Below, one piece after another: positions 59,895 through 64,000 of a stretch of 64,000 nucleotides of DNA; position 1 is the first letter of the stretch; each line of letters starts with the position of its first letter. The notes under the pieces are model-generated. The model saw only the letters and a program-made list of their open reading frames with translations. It was not told where the DNA came from and searched no databases. Made by a program: the position numbers and the translations under genes. The stretch comes from Puniceicoccaceae bacterium (GTDB lineage: Bacteria; Verrucomicrobiota; Verrucomicrobiia; Opitutales; Oceanipulchritudinaceae). Where the stretch lies: NCBI GenBank assembly GCA_040830765.1, contig JBFOMH010000002.1, positions 55,465 through 119,464 on the forward strand, written 5' to 3'.

Positions 59895-61430
59895 CTACCC
59901 GGCGGGCGGATACAGGTAAATGTGCAGACCCGCATTATTGTCCGCGTGCAGGAGCCGCAGGCGATGGTCGTTGAAGGCATTGACAGTGAAAATAAGGGAG
60001 CCGGGGACCGGCGTGGCAATCGGTACCCTGCCACTGGAATCGATGGTATATTGCCGGGTCCGCTCACGGAAGATCCGGGCCGGTGGCAGCGTTTCCTGAA
60101 ACACGGCGTCAAAGGTCCTTGCTTCCCGAAGGGCAAATGCCTTGGCCGACAAGGGATGCCGCACCTCGAGACTGAAGTAGAGCATCTCCGGTTGCAGTGT
60201 TGTAATGGCCTGATCGACAAAAGGCCGGGTGGCTTGGTCGATAGCCAGGGTAACAACATGCACGGCCCTCTGGTTGACCAGGGATGTCATCAACACGGCC
60301 ATCAAAAGCGCAGTGGTCGCCAGATGGAAGTACTTCGGGAACGGCATGCTGCCCGACAAAAGGCGCTGATACCAGAAGCCCACAAACAGGGGTGTCTGTA
60401 CCAGTAAGTATTTGATCTGATAAGGGTGCTTCGCGAAGGCCAGCCAGGTAAGAAGGAAACAAAAGAGAAAGCCCAAGGCGGTCAGCCGGGAGGTTAACGC
60501 AGCCTTGCGGTCCAGCGCATCAGCCACGGCCAACCAGCCCAACAGGACCATCGGGACCACGGTCGCGAAATTCTGCAGCCTCAAGCCACTGATGGTCCAT
60601 TGGAGGATCTGGGACGCACTGAGAAAGGAGCCGGGGTCCGCCTCTTGGGCATGGCCATAGCGCCCGCTGTTTTGCAAAAGTGAAAATACCCAGGCCCACT
60701 GGGCTTGGGGATCGGCGGCAAAGATCGAACCCACGATTAGAAACGTGACCAGGGTAATGCCAAAAAAGAGTCCGGTCCGGACCAGCCGATGGCGGAGATT
60801 CCCGGAACACGTGATAGCGTAGACCCCGATCACAAAGAGCGTTACCGGCCACAGGGTCAGCTTGATGGTCGTGGCCAAGCCCAGCAGGAGGCCGCAGCCG
60901 AATAATCCCGCTACGCGGACTTGTGGACCTTTATGAAAGCGCTTCAGGAGAAGCACCATGACGGGGATAAAGAGTACCGTGAAAGCCCCTTCAGGGGTGA
61001 ATGTTCCCCAGTAAATCAGGGAGTTGTAATCGGCGAAGAGCAGGGCGAGCAGGCATACAAACATCCACCCGCGGCCCGCTTGCTCAAGTGAACGCCAGAG
61101 GAAGACCACCAGCAACAGTGTCAGCAGCAGGGAAACGACTTGCCACGAACCACGGAACAACTGGATCGCACTGTCGGTGAAGACTTCCGCGGGAGCGATC
61201 CCGAGGAGGCGGGAAAGTACCGCACCAGCCAACTGAAGACCGGTCCCGGGATGGTCGGTATGTTCCACCTGCCCCTCGAAGGCCAACATGACCGAGTTCA
61301 GGAAATACGGCAGCTCAGGATCCGAAAAGAAGCTGTAGAAAGGAAGGGGGCTGATCACCTTGTAATACAGGAAAAATGACAGGATCAGGAGTATGGGAAT
61401 TCCAAGGGCCGGCCTGAAGTATCGTGACAT
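59895..61430 (-). CDS. Multi-pass membrane protein, probable GT-C glycosyltransferase
   Basis: Acidic first loop (SDPE), 'HTDHPG' motif, about 10 TMs; sits within the glycosylation cluster. Start uncertain. Confidence 0.55.
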   Translation of the reverse strand: MSRYFRPALGIPILLILSFFLYYKVISPLPFYSFFSDPELPYFLNSVMLAFEGQVEHTDHPGTGLQLAGAVLSRLLGIAPAEVFTDSAIQLFRGSWQVVSLLLTLLLVVFLWRSLEQAGRGWMFVCLLALLFADYNSLIYWGTFTPEGAFTVLFIPVMVLLLKRFHKGPQVRVAGLFGCGLLLGLATTIKLTLWPVTLFVIGVYAITCSGNLRHRLVRTGLFFGITLVTFLIVGSIFAADPQAQWAWVFSLLQNSGRYGHAQEADPGSFLSASQILQWTISGLRLQNFATVVPMVLLGWLAVADALDRKAALTSRLTALGFLFCFLLTWLAFAKHPYQIKYLLVQTPLFVGFWYQRLLSGSMPFPKYFHLATTALLMAVLMTSLVNQRAVHVVTLAIDQATRPFVDQAITTLQPEMLYFSLEVRHPLSAKAFALREARTFDAVFQETLPPARIFRERTRQYTIDSSGRVPIATPVPGSLIFTVNAFNDHRLRLLHADNNAGLHIYLYPPAG

Positions 61431-61565
61431 GGTATTCAACACCGAAGGACCTAAGCTTGCTTGTAATTTAGAGGCAATGGCAAACATCCAGCTGTTGATT
61501 ATCCGTATCGGCTAAGATTGGGCTTGTCTGGATCTCATTTCAGCATGTTCTGAAGGAGAGCTTTC

Positions 61566-63371
61566 ATGAATTCGAACGGGCAGGAAAAAGGCAAAGCGAT
61601 CCAGTGGATCATCCTGCTTGGGCTGGTCGTCTACACCCTGGCTTTTACCTTTAGTTACGTGGCCGATCCAATGGCCCTTTCGCCCCAGCTGGATGCAAAG
61701 GAAAACCTGACCCTGGCCAGCCAGTTTGATGCCGGTAGCTCTGCTCCCGAGCCCTTCTACCGGGCGGTCCTCTACCCCTACATCCTGAGCCTCATAGCCA
61801 CGGAAGGAGCAAGGCCCCTGATTGCCCTGCTGATCGGCCTGGGGTGCCATCTGGGCAACGCCTTCATGGTCTATTGGCTGGCCGGCTGGATATGGCAACG
61901 CGCGTCCGCCAAGGCTGCGGCAGCCGCCCTCTACCTCCTGAACCCGGCCTCCTTGTTTTTCTCCCTGCAGGTTCTCGACATGACGATGGGCACGAGCCTG
62001 TTCCTCGGAGGCCTGATACTCGCCATAAATGGAAGGGAGCGGCTCCTGCCGGCTCTCGTATCCGGCCTGGTACTGGGATTGTGCGTCCTGGTCCGCCCCC
62101 ACTTCCTGCCGGTAACTTTGCTGGTCCCGGCGGTCATGATGCTGCTTTCTGGCTGGAAGGTCCGTCTTCCCGCTCTCGGATGGCTTACGCTGGCCGTGGT
62201 CCTGCTTTCCCAAGGTGTCGTGAACTACACCCGGTCGGGGGAGTTCCGCATCCTTCCGTGGCAGGGAGGCTATAATCTGTATGCCGCCAACCGACCGGGG
62301 GCAAACGGGCTCTATTACAAGCAGAGTGTGGATGTCTCCGGCCAGACCTACCTCAATCCGGCACGGGCAGAATCCGAGCAGCTCTACCAGCAGGCCACCG
62401 GGGCAACACCGCCTTTCGATATCGATGACGTGAACAGCTACTGGCGCCAGCAGACCATAACAACCGTCCTCGATGATCCTGCCCGCTGGTTGCAATTGAT
62501 GTTCTTCAAGGGCTACGCCATCCTGAATTCAGCCGAGCAATACAACAACCTCACCTTTTCCTACCACAAGGCGCGCTTTCCCCTGCTGCGCTTTAATCCA
62601 ATGAACTGGGGTATCCTTGTCATCCTGGGGACACTTGGCTGCTTCCTTCTCATCCGCAGGGATCGCCTTCGCGCAGGGGCCCTCGTTCTCCTCATCCTTG
62701 GCTATAGCGCGGCACTCCTGCTTTATTATGCCAGTGCGCGATTCCGGCTCCCCTTGGTCCCCTTGATGGCCATTCTTTCCAGCGGAGTTTTTGCCTATCC
62801 GAAGGACCTTCGCGCTTCGTGGAAGGTAACCGCCACCACCGCCATCCTGGCCGGGATCTCCGGGTTCCTTGCCTACAGTTCCTTTGGCTCAATCCGCAGC
62901 ACGGAAACCTATGTCCAGGACAAACTCCTCATGGCCAATGCCAATGCCGAGCTGGGCGATGATGTTGAAGCTGCCCGCTATGCCCACAATGTCCTCTGGG
63001 ACTATCCTGAGCGGCGGGAAGCGCTGCGCATCTACACTGTGAGTTACTTCAATTTGCGCCTGACCGAATCCCCGGGAGCACAACTCTTCGGCGATTGGGA
63101 CCTGCAAAAGCAATGGGTGATTCAATTCCCTCCCACCGACCCGGTCCAGGATGTCATCCTGGGGGTCTATTTCTGGCAATGGGGAGAGCTGGAAAAGGCT
63201 ACCCTTATCTGGAAAAGCATCCGGGCCCAAGGCGGCCCGGGAGCCAACCTTGCCGGGGCCTGCCTGGCAGCCTCCGGGACCGGAGAGCCACTTACCGGGG
63301 AACTGTCCGCACTGCAGGAAGCAGTTGCCAGACTACTGCATAAGCCCAATCCTGCAGGGGAGGATTCATGA
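61566..63371 (+). CDS. GT-C fold (GT39-like) membrane glycosyltransferase
   Basis: QLDAKE loop, PFYRAVLYPY, LVRPH, QGGYNLYAAN, EQYNN, ASARFRLP; resembles 17921-19708. Confidence 0.65.
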   Translation: MNSNGQEKGKAIQWIILLGLVVYTLAFTFSYVADPMALSPQLDAKENLTLASQFDAGSSAPEPFYRAVLYPYILSLIATEGARPLIALLIGLGCHLGNAFMVYWLAGWIWQRASAKAAAAALYLLNPASLFFSLQVLDMTMGTSLFLGGLILAINGRERLLPALVSGLVLGLCVLVRPHFLPVTLLVPAVMMLLSGWKVRLPALGWLTLAVVLLSQGVVNYTRSGEFRILPWQGGYNLYAANRPGANGLYYKQSVDVSGQTYLNPARAESEQLYQQATGATPPFDIDDVNSYWRQQTITTVLDDPARWLQLMFFKGYAILNSAEQYNNLTFSYHKARFPLLRFNPMNWGILVILGTLGCFLLIRRDRLRAGALVLLILGYSAALLLYYASARFRLPLVPLMAILSSGVFAYPKDLRASWKVTATTAILAGISGFLAYSSFGSIRSTETYVQDKLLMANANAELGDDVEAARYAHNVLWDYPERREALRIYTVSYFNLRLTESPGAQLFGDWDLQKQWVIQFPPTDPVQDVILGVYFWQWGELEKATLIWKSIRAQGGPGANLAGACLAASGTGEPLTGELSALQEAVARLLHKPNPAGEDS

Positions 63372-64000
63372 TCGATACTTCCCGCATGTACCATCGCCTG
63401 ACAGCTGTTGTCATCCTCCTCTTTCTGGTGACGGGGCTCCTCGGCGTTAAGGACTACGGGATGGGCTGGGATGAGGTAACGCGCTGGGATTCGGGCGACT
63501 TGAAATTTCTCTATTACGAGAAGTTGCTGGCCGGCGAAGCCGCTGAGCTGGAGCAACGGATGGCCGGCGACCGTTATCCGGGGCTCTTTGATCTTCCCCT
63601 GGCTGCCTTCAACGCCGCTTTTGGGGGCAACCGCATGCTCCAGGGACACCTGCTCAGCCTCGCTTTTGGCGTCCTCGGACTGGTCGCTACGGCCTGGATG
63701 GCTTTTCTTGTCTTCAATCCGCGGGTGGCCTTCTTCTCAACCCTGTTCCTGGCCATATTGCCCCACTTCTACGGGCATGCCATGATCAACCCGAAGGACA
63801 TCCCCTTCATGGCCACCTACACGCTTGGACTGGCCACGGTTCTGCGGGTTAGCCAACGGTTGGTCCTGCATGAAAATATCCGCTGGTATCGGTTTGTCCT
63901 TTGTGGACTGGCCATCGGGATGGCCGGGGCGGCGCGCGTTCCGGGACTGGTCCTGCTGGCAATAGCAGGAGCCTCCTGGCTCGCTGCCAGCCTCTACGGC
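63368..64000 (+). CDS. GT39/PMT-like membrane glycosyltransferase (runs off the window; not in the ORF track)
   Basis: Manual translation MIDTSRMYHRLTAVVILLFLVTGLLGVKDYGMGWDE...YPGLFD...PHFYGHAMINPKDIPF; ATGA overlap with the upstream stop. Confidence 0.75.
   Translation, partial: MIDTSRMYHRLTAVVILLFLVTGLLGVKDYGMGWDEVTRWDSGDLKFLYYEKLLAGEAAELEQRMAGDRYPGLFDLPLAAFNAAFGGNRMLQGHLLSLAFGVLGLVATAWMAFLVFNPRVAFFSTLFLAILPHFYGHAMINPKDIPFMATYTLGLATVLRVSQRLVLHENIRWYRFVLCGLAIGMAGAARVPGLVLLAIAGASWLAASLYG

Noticed and set aside
61510..61522. GGCTAAGATTGGG, resembling an end of a right arm of the hexamer element
   Set aside because: Only about 13 nt with no partner arm; a remnant cannot be told from chance.

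Overview
High-GC bacterial chromosome window. The gene mix (PEP-CTERM protein, SufT, choice-of-anchor O-like protein, verrucomicrobial-style short pilin, Lys/Ala-tailed PpdK) suggests Verrucomicrobiota, probably Opitutales; this is inference only. Most of it is housekeeping: sufD/sufT, ppdK, tatC, metG, argH, gnd, an RND efflux trio, tRNA-Ala(CGC), comM, DAHP synthase, rpsU, clpB, oppA-like, hmuUV-like and def. There is also a block of secreted proteins after the tRNA (17.8-28.5 kb) and a pilin followed by a GT-C glycosyltransferase cluster (53.4-64 kb). The main unexplained signal is a family of AT-rich hexamer inverted repeats (arm consensus AATCTT-AATCTT-AGCCTT-AATCTT-AATCTT and its reverse complement) at five intergenic sites, each within 0-4 nt of a stop codon. 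Four copies are 'empty'. The fifth brackets a four-helix-bundle (IVS-protein/Avd-like) gene with a perfect 34-bp inverted repeat, which suggests a protein-carrying element plus empty relatives. The second candidate is a gene pair at 49.1-52.2 kb with MotA/ExbB-like and MotB/ExbD-like membrane motifs, a long coiled coil and a degenerate trypsin-like tail, possibly an uncharacterised ion-driven motor. All calls come from reading the sequence by eye; no database searches were run.
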